From contig NC_043007.1 of assembly GCF_006345805.1 (NCBI RefSeq), positions 45,694,001 through 45,758,000 on the forward strand: a DNA stretch of 64,000 nucleotides. Reading direction: 5' to 3'. Positions 1 to 11,316 of this stretch are shown here, piece after piece. The notes beneath the pieces were generated by a model. It was not told the DNA's origin. It was given only the letters and a program-made list of their open reading frames with translations, and searched no databases. The stretch is from Octopus sinensis. Lineage: Eukaryota. A program made the position numbers and the translations under genes. The first letter of the stretch is position 1; every line of letters begins with the position of its first letter.

Positions 1-177
1 GGTCATTTTGCTAGTTTAGTCAATAAGAACACACGCACTATATATTTCGTGTTACTTCGCTTCAGTGTTATTGGCTAAACTGGCAAAATGATCATTCCGA
101 AATACAACAATGTCTGTTTCAACACACGATTTCACGTAAAAAATATTGCACAACAAATATATAAATATATATACGTA

Positions 178-180
<3 letters not shown>

Positions 181-246
<66 letters not shown>

Positions 247-250
247 TATG
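181..250. repeat. (AT)n microsatellite (one of dozens in the window)
   Basis: Directly visible dinucleotide run. Confidence 0.95.
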
Positions 251-811
251 CGTAAGAGAAATGGAAAATGGGTATTCACTTAGTACTCCTTTAGTCCATC
301 TGTTAATTATGTTTCGTTTTTCTGTAATGCATGCACTCTATAGATGTCATCTGTAGGTGCACCCTATAAGGGCCAACATGTTAAGCAAATACATCAGCAG
401 ATAATTGAAAGAGAAATACCAGAAGCAACCAGAAATGAAATTTTAACTCTTCGAGTCTAACAAGTGAGGGGAACAGGAAGAGGTAAGTTGGGTTTCCAAC
501 GCACATAACCACAATTTTTTCTGGTATTCGTAGGAATAAGGATTAGTCTCTGTGCAGAAAATGGGGAGGCAGGTCGCATTTATGTGACCTTGTGATAGAG
601 GAGGTGTGGACGAATAGTCAACCATCTGCCCATTTTCCTTTTCGCTTGTTATTGCTGTGCTTTTTGAGATTGTGTCATAATCCACCTTCGAATGCTGTGG
701 TCTCATGTGTACCCAAGACGGTGAGAAGTTTAATACGATCAGTGCTGAAAGCTGAGTGGGCTCCGAGTGACCTATTTCAATGTCATGTTCGTCAAAATAG
801 CAGTGATTCAC

Positions 812-980
812 AGGTCGACCAAAATCTTGTGAGTGTAATTGGTAGACGGAAAGTGAAAGACGCCCTCACCACACACACATACATGTGCAGGTGTGTGCGT
901 GTGTGCGTGCGTGTGTGTGTGTGTGTGTGTGCACGCGCGTGCGTGTGTGTGTGTGCTTGTGTGTGTGTGTGTGTGTATGC
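812..980 (+). mobile_element. tRNA-derived SINE internal fragment followed by (GT)n
   Basis: GGTCGACCAAAATCTTGTGAGTG..GGTAGACGGAAAGTGAAAGA is the reverse-complement homologue of the internal part of the SINE at 12930-13310. Confidence 0.6.
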
Positions 981-1264
981 GTATGTAGGTATGTCATGCT
1001 GAAGACAGTATAAATCGGAATTGAATTAAATATTTTAAACATAAAAGTGCCTTGATGTAGGTGAACTAATAATGTAACGTCATTCGTTCAATGCTATTGA
1101 TGTGCAGACACATAAGAAGAGAAGTCAAATGATGGATTACGTTCACAGTTAGTTGACGGCTGTCAGAAGCAGAAATACGCAGATAAGAATATCCTCCATG
1201 GTAATAGATTTACTAATGACTACTTTCTATTGTAATTGATCTATGCTATTGATTGGGAACTATT

Positions 1265-1308
1265 ATCTCTGAAGAGCGGTCACCAAACTGTGAAATGTTT
1301 TGTTAGGT
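1265..1308 (+). ncRNA. Decayed hammerhead ribozyme-like motif
   Basis: ATCT-CTGAAGA-GCGGT caccaa ACTGT-GAAA-TGTTTTG-TT-AGGT; core intact, stems hold only with G.T pairs. Confidence 0.35.
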
Positions 1309-1582
1309 GACTCACTTCTTTTTCTTCGCTTATAAATCTGTAACATTGAAAGAATGTGTCTGTATTTTTATTTTACCTGCGTAAATCTTTACATTACAGA
1401 CATACGTATAAACACGCAGATACACAGAATCACACTCATACACATATATACTCACACTCAGATATATGTATATATGATATGTGTATATGTATGTACAAAT
1501 ATTTTAATTTTTATTAGAAAGCCACAAACAATGCAATGTATAAGGAATAACACAACTTGATGGTTTCTATATTTACACTGTA

Positions 1583-1620
1583 TTTCAATATTTCGGTGTT
1601 AGGACACCTTATTCGGGAAA
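1583..1620 (-). ncRNA. Decayed minimal hammerhead-like motif
   Basis: Minus strand TTTC-CCGAATA-A-GGTGT ccta ACACC-GAAA-TA-TT-GAAA; stems I and II pair, G8 is mutated. Confidence 0.3.
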
Positions 1621-1820
1621 TTGATTCACCAAACCCCGAAATATTGAAACTCAAAGGAAAAGTTCAAACAATCGACTTGTATTATTTTTTGTAACTTGCA
1701 TTTTCCGCATAAACATATTACAACCATTTATATGTATGAGACAAAGCTTCACACACACTATACTATACCAAACTGTACTACGTATGTATATATGTATGCA
1801 TGAATGTATGTATGCGTATG

Positions 1821-1854
<34 letters not shown>

Positions 1855-1947
1855 ATATCAAATCCGTTCTGTCTGTGTGTGTGTATCTCCTAGGAACTCG
1901 GGCATTCTCCATCCGATTGCGCTCAAATTTGATATGTAGATACCGAA

Positions 1948-2180
1948 GGCGGCGAGCTGGTAGATACGTTAGCACGCCGGGCGAAATGCTTAGTGGCATT
2001 TCGTCTGCGGTTACATTCTGAGTTCAAATTCTGCCGAGGTCGACTTTGCCTTTCATCCTTTCGGGGTCGATTAAATAATTACTAGTTACGCACTGGGGTC
2101 GATATAATCGACTTAATTAGTTTGTCTGTCCTTGTTTGTCTTCTCTGTGTTTAGCCCCTTGTGGGTAGTAAAGAAATAGG
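1948..2180 (+). mobile_element. tRNA-derived SINE (GGCGGCGAGCTGG family), near full length
   Basis: A-box-like GGCGAGCTGG and B-box-like GAGTTCAAATTC; near-identical to 49473-49682, more diverged copies throughout the window. Confidence 0.85.
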
Positions 2181-2471
2181 CATCAGGAGGTGTATAAATC
2201 TTGAAAAAGTTACAAAAATCGATTCCAGATGAGAATGCGATCGATAAAGCCGTTGGAACGTGCATTTGTACGCAGAGGTATATCAGCTGTTGCGATCGAT
2301 ACTACGCGTACCCGAGAAAAATGCACGGTGTTTCAAATGCCGATTAAATCAGCGTTTCTCAAAGGGGAGGCCTATGAGACGGTCGGACAAGTTGTTTTGA
2401 GAAAATTTGGTTTAAATGTTTGACACATCAGCAACGTCCATTGGACGGGGAGCGTTTTGCTCGTATATATA

Positions 2472-2527
<56 letters not shown>

Positions 2528-5500
2528 CATGCAAACCTGGGTGGGCTGTGTGGGGACTGGCATGTTAAAGAATAAATCTAATATCTCCTCTGCGTGTCTC
2601 ATAAGGTTACCAAAAGATGCTGAGGTGGGAATTGTACTCCGATCTCGTAAAACCTCACCAACAACGGCTACCCTAAGAGACACATGAGTTGAAGTGTTGT
2701 CGCCTGGAAGGGGCAAAAGTGTTATCCATCAGGATCTGTGATGCAGCAACGGTCTGTTACAGTGCATGCCCCCCCCCATATATATATATATATATATATA
2801 TACTATATACCATATATAGATATGTATGTATATCTATCTATCTATCTATCTGTATATATATAATACTTATATATGCGCGTGTGTGTATGTGCGTCTGCGC
2901 GTTAGATTCTTTCAGATTATCATAGCTTTCCAAAATTCGTTTGGAACAATACAATAACTAAATATATAGTAAACTTTTCTTGATCTGCACAGACTCATTT
3001 TCGAAAAGTGATTTCAATATACAATCCGTGCTTGTGGTACTGACATTGTGGCCAAAAACCTTGTTTGCCCTTATCATCATGCATTATCTTTAAAGTATAA
3101 AATTTTATCAGTTTGTTGTTACTTTCTTTTTTTTTTTAACTACAGAATTTCGGCTTCTATATTTCCGATCTCTTCAGCTGCTATGCGTGTTTACCGTTCG
3201 ATCAATTTCCCCCGGAATTCCGTAGTTCATTTTTTTTTGTTTTAATCCGATATATCAGCTGATGTTATATGCATGTATACAGGGAAACGTTTTTAGCATA
3301 GTTCAGTAATAACAACTATGTTTAAGTTCTCTTATTTACTTTTGATTGTTCATATATTCCCATTAGCTTTTTGTGGTCGATTTGGAACGATGGAGTCCCC
3401 AAATCAATATACAACTTTTCCATATCTTCATTCTATATCTTCAATATTTTCACAGTCTATAGGTTTTAATTGTGTATATTTACCGTTTGTGTAATATATA
3501 TAAATGTCTATATGTATAAAAGCAATATTGAACATGCATACACAAGGAATGTATTTTGCCAATTCGTGGGCAGGCTGCAATTACAGGCGTCGGAGAATAT
3601 ATTCTCATTAATTCGCCTGGTGTTTAACACCAGACGAATTGAGGAGAATATTTTTTGTTGTGTCTATAATCGCAAGCTGCCCACGAACTGGCAAAACACA
3701 TACTTTGTGTATGTGTGTGCTCGATATTGCTTATATCACACGGCCCCACAGGCTGCTTTTCATATATATTTATAGTAGTGAGAATGAGTAGTGAACACCC
3801 AACTGGTAAATAAATATTCTGTATTTGTGGGTTAACAAAACTACTATTGGTTTTATTTCGAGAGAAATCTCAGCGATTATCAATCCTGCCACATAGGACG
3901 TTGGAGCTCGTTTTCATCTTGGACAGTGGAGGATCGTAGATAAAATTAGTAGGGGTCCTGATTCAGAAAATTTTTAGCCGTTGTTTTAATATTATGTATC
4001 TAGAAACAAACATATAAAAAGAAAATTTATACATAAACTTGATCGGTTCGCTTTTTGCCGGGTAGTGTGGTTAATTTGTTCACTGAATATCGCCACGATT
4101 TCCCCCTTGCTTTCCAAAAATCTACCTAAATCGCAAAATAAGAGAGAGGGGAGTTCTACTCTAGTTTCCAAATCCTGGCAGCAAAATAGAAGCTGGAAGC
4201 AGGATAATAATCTAATTCTACACTTTATTACATTCAAGCATATAAAAACGTTTTTAAGCACAACACATGCGGAGTCAAAAAGAAGCACTACTTTTGACCA
4301 GGACTGCGTGACCGTTAGTGCACTTTCTCCCTAGCGTGAAGCATCCTATTTCGGGCATGTGAGCATGCGCAAGACAATCAAACCCCACGTCGCTGGAATT
4401 GTGAGGGGCACAATTCTATACAAGGGTTTTTTGCATATTTTCATAAACCAGGGGATGGCCACTAACATTAAGCTTAAGAATTACATAATGTACAAGTATA
4501 AAGTATTAAAGAAAAAAAATGACTCATTATATTGAATGATATCGATAATATCGAATGGAAAAAGGGGGTGCTGCAGTTTCGCAGTACCTATACACGAGCC
4601 GCCACAGAGTTTCGATATATACACGGATTCATGCGCTTGTATTTGGTTTGCAAGATACTTGATTTGAGTTTATGTGTTGAAACAAATCTTGCTTTGTCTA
4701 TAAAGGGCTATTATGCGACTAAAAATTGAAATAAACACATGCACTGGTTCAATACTACTTTTTTATTTTACCAACAACTGAACTGTTTGTTTAATCTGTT
4801 GGTTGAACAATAAATCGGTTGTTAGATTTCGCGGTCAGAGACATTTTGTTGGTAATCATGACATCATCTATCACATGCCCTCACTCCTCAAGGTCTGCTT
4901 CGAGTCTGTCTGAGATGTTGTCTGATGCCTATGTGTGGCTATCTGTATATTTGCATATATATGTGTGTGTATGTAGATGTGTGTGTGTTTACTTATGTTG
5001 ATTCTCAAGTATGTTTTGCCGATTTCTTTTCTTTTCTCCCTTCAATCTCTTTCAAGCATTTTTGTTTGCCACAAAAATGTAAAATGTTGAAACCAATTAT
5101 GGTATTTTAATAAATTCGTGAAAAAGATCAGTAGTGCTCAAAGTACCTAAATGAATTTAGTTGCGACTTCCGACCTTTGTCTATACACAGTCACAGAAGG
5201 TTCCGTATAAAGTTTAGAGTTTGGCACAGCAGAACAGTTTTCATGGAAATAGCAAAGAAGTAAAGCTCAGACATTTCAATTTAGAGAGAATTTAATAAAA
5301 TGAGTTAAAAATTATATAAACAAAATATAGAATATTACCGGTTTCTCATCAAATATTTGTAAAAATTTATAAAACATACATTCACACAAAAGTAAACATC
5401 GCAAAACACACACACATCTGCACACTCACAAACACGCATACTCATACACACTCTCACACACACACGTAAACATACCATCGCGAAAACATACACACACACG

Positions 5501-5753
5501 TACACACAGCTGGAGACACCCAAAAGAAAGTATCACACACAGAGGAGGATATAAAACCCATTCAATAAATGCTTTTAAGCCACTCTCTTGGCAGGAACCC
5601 ACAGACAGTTTCTTAAGACAATAGACAACAACACACACTTGAACTCTATACTAAATATATTTAAAAACTTCAACGAAAACACTCCAGACATTCTTTTCAC
5701 TCCCCAAACAGAAGATAGACGCTTTTCCCTTCAAAGTTTTATAAATTTTTACT

Positions 5754-5796
5754 AATACTTGATAAGATGAGATTCGTCATCGAAACTGGTACTATT
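5754..5796 (+). ncRNA. Degenerate hammerhead-like motif
   Basis: Perfect stem II GATGA/TCATC, then GAAA-CTGG-TA-CTATT; upstream core corrupted (CTTGATAA). Confidence 0.35.
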
Positions 5797-5997
5797 CTGA
5801 TATGTAGTAGAGGGACATAGCAGTGGCGATGAGGATACCTTCCACTGTAAAACGGTGTCGTTATAACAGTGGTAACAAGGTTACGAGTATCGAAATGGAA
5901 AACCTACGTTCAAGAGCAATGCGAGAAAGTTTGAAGGATTCGAACCCTTACACAGAATTGGACTACACACGGTGAAAAGTAATATATATACATTGAA

Positions 5998-6004
<7 letters not shown>

Positions 6005-6093
<89 letters not shown>

Positions 6094-6203
6094 TGTATGT
6101 ATGTATGTATAAATAAAGATCCTGAACAAAAAACAAATGCCTGATAAAACTGGAATTCTACACAGAACTGAATGACGCACGGTGAAAAATAATTCTGTGT
6201 AGA

Positions 6204-6255
<52 letters not shown>

Positions 6256-6295
6256 TAATTAATAATAATATAATAATAATAATAATAATATAATA

Positions 6296-6332
<37 letters not shown>

Positions 6333-6346
6333 TAATAATAATAATA

Positions 6347-6406
<60 letters not shown>

Positions 6407-6413
6407 GCGATGG

Positions 6414-6441
<28 letters not shown>
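6005..6441. repeat. Compound microsatellite block (AT)n-(ATGT)n ... (AAT)n-(GAT)n
   Basis: Directly visible. Confidence 0.95.
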
Positions 6442-6445
<4 letters not shown>

Positions 6446-6519
6446 GTGATAATTCCGTACGAAGGATTTAGTAATTCTGGTTAGAAGAAAAAAAAATGAA
6501 AAAATTAACGATACATTGA

Positions 6520-6810
6520 AAACGTATCATACCAGAAGATTTCAGACGTAAGCAGATATTATCTGTTGAAAGTGAAAACGAACCAGTTGCTAAGAAAGTT
6601 AAGATGGACAAAGAAAACGCAAGTCATTTTGTCATTGAGCTTACTAAACAAGTCCTTGAAAAGACTGCAAATGAAATGTCGAAGGAAGCGTCTAGTGAAG
6701 AACATATTGCAGAAAATTCTGAAATTAGAGAATCTCAGTCATCTATAGCAAGAAAAGTTCCTTCTACTGAAAATACTGCGTTGAGGAAACGTTCAAATAC
6801 AAACACTTAA
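6520..6810 (+). CDS. Possible orphan terminal exon or pseudo-exon (E/K/S-rich, NLS-like PVAKKVK)
   Basis: 97 open codons KRIIPEDFRRKQILSVESENEPVAKKVKMDKENASHFVIELTKQVLEK...NTNT*; TTTCAG acceptor candidate ending at 6545; no homology recognised. Confidence 0.25.
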   Translation, partial: KRIIPEDFRRKQILSVESENEPVAKKVKMDKENASHFVIELTKQVLEKTANEMSKEASSEEHIAENSEIRESQSSIARKVPSTENTALRKRSNTNT

Positions 6811-6900
6811 AAACAGGTAACATCCAGTTTCTGCCGAGAAACGTGTAACAGGAAAAGTCGAACAAATGAAAAATATATATATAATAATGGTGTGTAATTG

Positions 6901-6954
<54 letters not shown>

Positions 6955-6957
<3 letters not shown>

Positions 6958-7609
6958 CCGTAATAATGAAGGGTGAAATTAATTAATTTGGGATAATTAT
7001 CAATTACACCAAGTAGTCTTCGGCATGTAAAAGCCTCATTCGAGGAAAATTTAAGTAATACTAAGCAATAAAGGGTTTAGCAACGAATTGCCTTACCACA
7101 TACCGAATTTAGAAATAGCAGTCAAAGAGTTATAGCTATTTCTTCTACTAAAAAGGGAGATCTCAGTAAAAACAGCAATTGGAAGGCAGACACAAACAGG
7201 TAGAGAGAATGAATTGACGGCAATCTATCATACAATTTTAAGTTATCTACGGACGCACGTTTCGAAATCAAGTTTTTAGGAAAGCATAAGAATTAAATAT
7301 TAAATAATTCTACCTTACCAAAACTTCTTTTCTCTTCAGCGTAGAATACTATAATCATAAATGATTATATATTGAATTTTGAGATACTAGAAGGCACCAA
7401 CTCAACTCAGTATCAGAGCGAGCTAGAATCCGCAACTAGTATCACCAAATTCAATGTGTGAATGAAAAGATTGTGTCACCAGCCCCTTCCCACCCGCGTG
7501 TAGCCAAAACAAGATGCTGTGGTCATCTACTGAGATAAAATATGGTTATCCGTAATAATGAAGGGTGAAATTAATTAATTTGGGATAATTATCAATTACA
7601 CCAAGTAGT
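6955..7609 (-). mobile_element. 592-nt HHR-bearing unit (PLE pseudo-LTR/retrozyme-like) with 63-bp perfect terminal direct repeats
   Basis: 6955-7017 is identical to 7547-7609; flanked by (AT)n; contains the HHR at 7246-7345. Confidence 0.75.
7246..7345 (-). ncRNA. Type I hammerhead ribozyme with extended stem II
   Basis: Minus strand TCTACG-CTGAAGA-GAAA[~60-nt foldback]ATTTC-GAAA-CGTGCG-TC^CGTAGA; canonical core, 6-bp stem I, GUC site. Confidence 0.8.
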
Positions 7610-7671
7610 ATATATATATACAAAAATATAGACAGACATGTATATGTACCTAATTTTATAACTTAGATAAC

Positions 7672-7775
<104 letters not shown>

Positions 7776-8086
7776 GCTGCAATTGTTTTGAATTTGTTGT
7801 GGGACTATTCAAAACTTATCGGATTCCAACGAGATGAGTTGGGTTTTTCAGCTTAGGTATGCAAGACCTACTAACGAGAATTTAGGCATTAGCAAGAATT
7901 CGAAAACATGAGCCAGGTATATCCATGACCTCATTCTACACCTTTTTAGCTGAGATAGTAAGTTAAATTGTGCTCGTTTGCCCAATTTGTCCGTTACGTA
8001 TTTTCAGTGGGAATGGTGGATAAGTAGATGATTTTCACTCCCCTTTCTAGCAAGCTGGTGCTTAGTGTACCCTCTGTTAATAATGG

Positions 8087-8112
<26 letters not shown>

Positions 8113-8121
<9 letters not shown>

Positions 8122-8311
8122 GTTAATCCAAACAAGAAAGCACAAAAAAACAGAACAACGCGAGGACGTGGAACAAATATAATATTATTGGACGCTCAGG
8201 AAAGAAGGAAAGAAGGAGGGTATAACGTTTTGAGCGTAGCTCTTAGTCGGAAACATAGGAGAAGGAAAGATCCAGAAGAAAAAAAATCGCCAACGGTACA
8301 CACGAGGTTAC

Positions 8312-8312
<1 letters not shown>
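8113..8312 (-). mobile_element. Short HHR-family repeat (homologous to 57490-57766) with mutated ribozyme at 8222-8254
   Basis: Reverse-complement alignment to 57570-57766; core reads CCGACTA and GAAA reads AAAA. Confidence 0.7.
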
Positions 8313-8341
<29 letters not shown>

Positions 8342-8345
<4 letters not shown>

Positions 8346-8745
8346 TTTACATTATATAATTAGGGCTTAGTAAAATAAATTACTTTGCCACATACTGAAC
8401 TTAGTAGAAATAGCAGCCAAAAAAAATTTTCTTAGCATTTCTACAACTTAAAGAAAATTTCTCTCAGATAATGTTTACTCCAGACAGCCCATGAAGGTTT
8501 GGAGGTAAATACAGAAAAATATCAGTCTGGAGTAAACATTATCTGAGAGAAATTTTCTTTAAGTTGTAGAAATGCTAAGAAAATTTTTTTTGGCTGCTAT
8601 TTCTACTAAGTTCAGTATGTGGCAAAGTAATTTATTTTACTAAGCCCTAATTATATAATGTAAAATTTTGAATTCGCCTTAAATGGTCCTTTTACATACT
8701 GAACACTTGGTGAAATTGATTAATTAATTAATTTTACCCTCAATT
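8342..8745. repeat. Perfect 144-bp inverted repeat (8342-8485/8525-8668, 39-nt spacer) in a relative of the 6955-7609 family
   Basis: Arms read as exact reverse complements; 8525-8745 resembles the reverse complement of 6965-7130. Confidence 0.9.
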
Positions 8746-8747
8746 GT

Positions 8748-8792
<45 letters not shown>

Positions 8793-8794
<2 letters not shown>

Positions 8795-8835
8795 GGCCGA
8801 CGAAGGACAATCATCCTGAAACACGTGTCCCTAGA
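8793..8835 (+). ncRNA. Type I hammerhead ribozyme (5' copy, stem I clipped by (AT)n)
   Basis: TAGG-CCGACGA-AGGA caatca TCCT-GAAA-CACGTG-TC^CCTAGA. Confidence 0.65.
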
Positions 8836-9151
8836 TGCAGCCCCGGGCGACTGGGGGTGTTTGTCTCCCCTTCGTAAATGTATATAAGGACACAGGAAAA
8901 ATGTGTCAAAGCCATCAGGAGGCGTCGATGCTTCCTAGGGCTAAACAGCGGTGGTGTACCCCCTACTGTCACGTTAGTGTTGGATTGACAGTATACAACC
9001 ATTCTATCGCCCCACCACCATACATGTCTCTGCGAGAGATTTAGAAATTTAGTATTTCTGATTTTGATAATCAGTGAATAGACTTCACTGAAATTTAGAT
9101 ATATACATTACGAGTCGAGACAAATATCGTCAGCTGACAGGTGTCTGCTAC

Positions 9152-9196
9152 TCTAGGCCGACGAAGGACAATCATCCTGAAACACGTGTCCCTAGA
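9152..9196 (+). ncRNA. Type I hammerhead ribozyme (3' copy)
   Basis: TCTAGG-CCGACGA-AGGA caatca TCCT-GAAA-CACGTG-TC^CCTAGA; palindromic stem III ACACGTGT; C at core position 4. Confidence 0.7.
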
Positions 9197-9257
9197 TGCA
9201 GCCCCGGGCGGCTGGGGGTGTTTGTTTCGTTGGTGTGGGGTTATAGCAGCAGATGTT

Positions 9258-9333
9258 CAAAGTACCGCGCAGGGAGAATGAAACCAAAACCACGCTGCTG
9301 CAAAAGAACTTTCTAACCACATCCATGCCTGCG
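9258..9333 (-). mobile_element. SINE tRNA-like head fragment
   Basis: Similar to the head of the SINE at 13240-13310. Confidence 0.5.
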
Positions 9334-10210
9334 TCTTAACACACACACATGTGATACACTATGATTTAATGTGTTTAGTCACTCTTGATATTTTCCAGTT
9401 TTATTGTTTCATGCAATCACCTGAAAAGAGTATTATTTTTCGTAACATTTTCATTGAAAATCTAGCTGCCCCACTAAAAAGAAAAAAAAAAGAGAGAAAG
9501 AAAATCCTTTGCCTATTTTTTCTATGTTTTTTAAACATTTTTTTATCGCTATTCAATATCCTTTTTCCCTCTCTGCGCTATTACCTCGTATATATTGCGC
9601 GATATCTTTTAAAGGATTACTTTCGACAGTAGAGGTTTTGCTAATATTATTTTCTCATAGCTCTCTATTTTATCATTTGTTCTGTAGCTCAAATATACAA
9701 CACGTTTATTTATTTATTCATTTATTTATCTATTTATTCTTATTTCTCAAATATACTCCCATATTATTTGACGCCATTTTGTTTTTCCGGATACTTTTTC
9801 ATTCTCGTCGTTCTGTAGCTTTTACTGAAAGTATTACCAAGTGTCTTCTGTGTTGTTTCATTTATTCACATCCTAATACATCTTCTGTTCTGTTTCAATT
9901 TATTATTTCGAAAATTTATCCTGTTTTGCCGATGATTTTTAATGTTGCCGATACATTCTATTTTCATATAATCCCGAATTTTCGATAGTTTCATAACTAA
10001 AAACAATACACGCTAAGAATAAAGACAAAGCAAAACAAAACAAGTTAACTTATAAACTACATTTTTTTCTGCTCTCTACTTGCAGGTGTAAATTTCAATT
10101 AATTAAATTCTGTCTTGCTTTACTACGCTACTTTTTCTGACAACAGCTTAACCCACTGCGATTTCCTTCTGGTTCCATTCATTTAGTTGATTTAAAATTC
10201 GTTCGATGTT

Positions 10211-11062
10211 AGGCGGTGACATGGACGAACCGTTAGCACGCAGGGAAAAATGCTTAGCTGCATTTCATCCATCTTTATGTTGTGAGTTCAGATTTCACCG
10301 CGATCGACTTTATCTTTCACAATCTCGAGGTCGAAAAGACAAATAATAGTTGGGTCCTGGGGTCGATGCAATTTGCTTAGATCCTCACCGATATTGCTCT
10401 CTTTGTGCGAAAATTTCAAACTAATATAGGTTGGGTGTCGTGGCTAACATACTTTTAGGGTCTCTATATGTTATATCAGTATCTTTAAGTAGTGATTTAA
10501 CAGTAAGTCCGTTCCATATCACGGTCTTTTGTATCCAGAGATGTGACAGTGTCCCAGTAGACTGCAGGTAGATATATTGACATTATTATACAATTGATAT
10601 CGCCAACTATGCCATGAAAGTAATTTGTTATTAAGAAGGCGGCGAGTAGGCTGAATCGAAGCACGCTCGGAAAAATGCTTCGCGGCATTTCGTTCGTGTT
10701 TACGGCCTGAGTTCAAATTGTACAGAAGTTGAATTAGCCTTTCATTGTTTCGGTTTTGATAAAATAAGTACCATTTGAGGATTGGGATCGATGTAATCGA
10801 CAAGTGCCCTTCCCCCAAATTTCAAGCCTTGTACTTTTAGTAGAAAGAATTATTACTGGCCTTATGCCAAATTTTAAATTAATATGTTACCATTAAGGCG
10901 GTAAAGATGGCTGAATTATTACTGTGTTGGAAAAATGCCATGCGATATTTCTTCCGATCCATTTGTTTTGAGATCAAATTCTAACTTGGTCGAATTTGAT
11001 TTCATCATTTCGGGCTCGATAAAACAAGTACTGAATCGATGTAATTGACATGTTTCCTTCCT
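10211..11062 (+). mobile_element. Cluster of three diverged SINE copies (about 10211-10425, 10638-10853, 10896-11062)
   Basis: Each shows GGCGG.. head, GAGTTCAAA/GAGATCAAA B-box-like motif and GGGTCGAT..AATCGAC body as in 1948-2180. Confidence 0.7.
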
Positions 11063-11126
11063 AAAAGTTGCCGGACTTGTACCAATATCTGAAATAATTA
11101 ATTTTAAAATTGATATACAATTTCAA

Positions 11127-11316
11127 TACAAGAGAGTGCTGAAAAGTTCCTGACTTTAAGGGTCTCGCAAAAGGCCTGGTAGGAACCCAAACTTCCAAGT
11201 TCACAGGGCGTAAACGAACTGAAGGAACGCTGCGGTAAGTTTGTGAATCAGAGGGAAATAGGTTGAATATTGTCTTTAACACAAAGCCATGAACATTTCA
11301 GCACCCCACACGAGTA
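11127..11316. mobile_element. Mariner-derived MITE (~190 bp)
   Basis: Imperfect TIRs GTGCTGAAAAGTTCCTGACTTT / AAAGCCATGAACATTTCAGCAC with TA ends. Confidence 0.65.

Larger units (their letters stand above)
8793..9225 (+). mobile_element. Retrozyme-like element: 361-nt monomer bounded by two hammerheads
   Basis: Direct repeat 8793-8864/9154-9225; HHR cleavage sites after 8829 and 9190. Confidence 0.8.

Noticed and set aside
443-1002. 122-aa and 136-aa ORFs at the window start
   Set aside because: No recognisable domain; they overlap a SINE fragment and (GT)n.
3160-3185. Isolated CTGANGA hits (also 13657, 16390, 26024, 26808, 36714, 48452, 52907, 58740, 63632) and a weak remnant at 17400-17462
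   Set aside because: They lack a correctly placed GAAA, a UH site or stem I/II pairing; expected by chance or too decayed to call.
8811-9044. ORFs MVVYCQS... repeated at 24798-24989 and 25054-25284
   Set aside because: The apparent conservation reflects the repeat family; lengths and frames differ between copies, while RNA stems are what is preserved.
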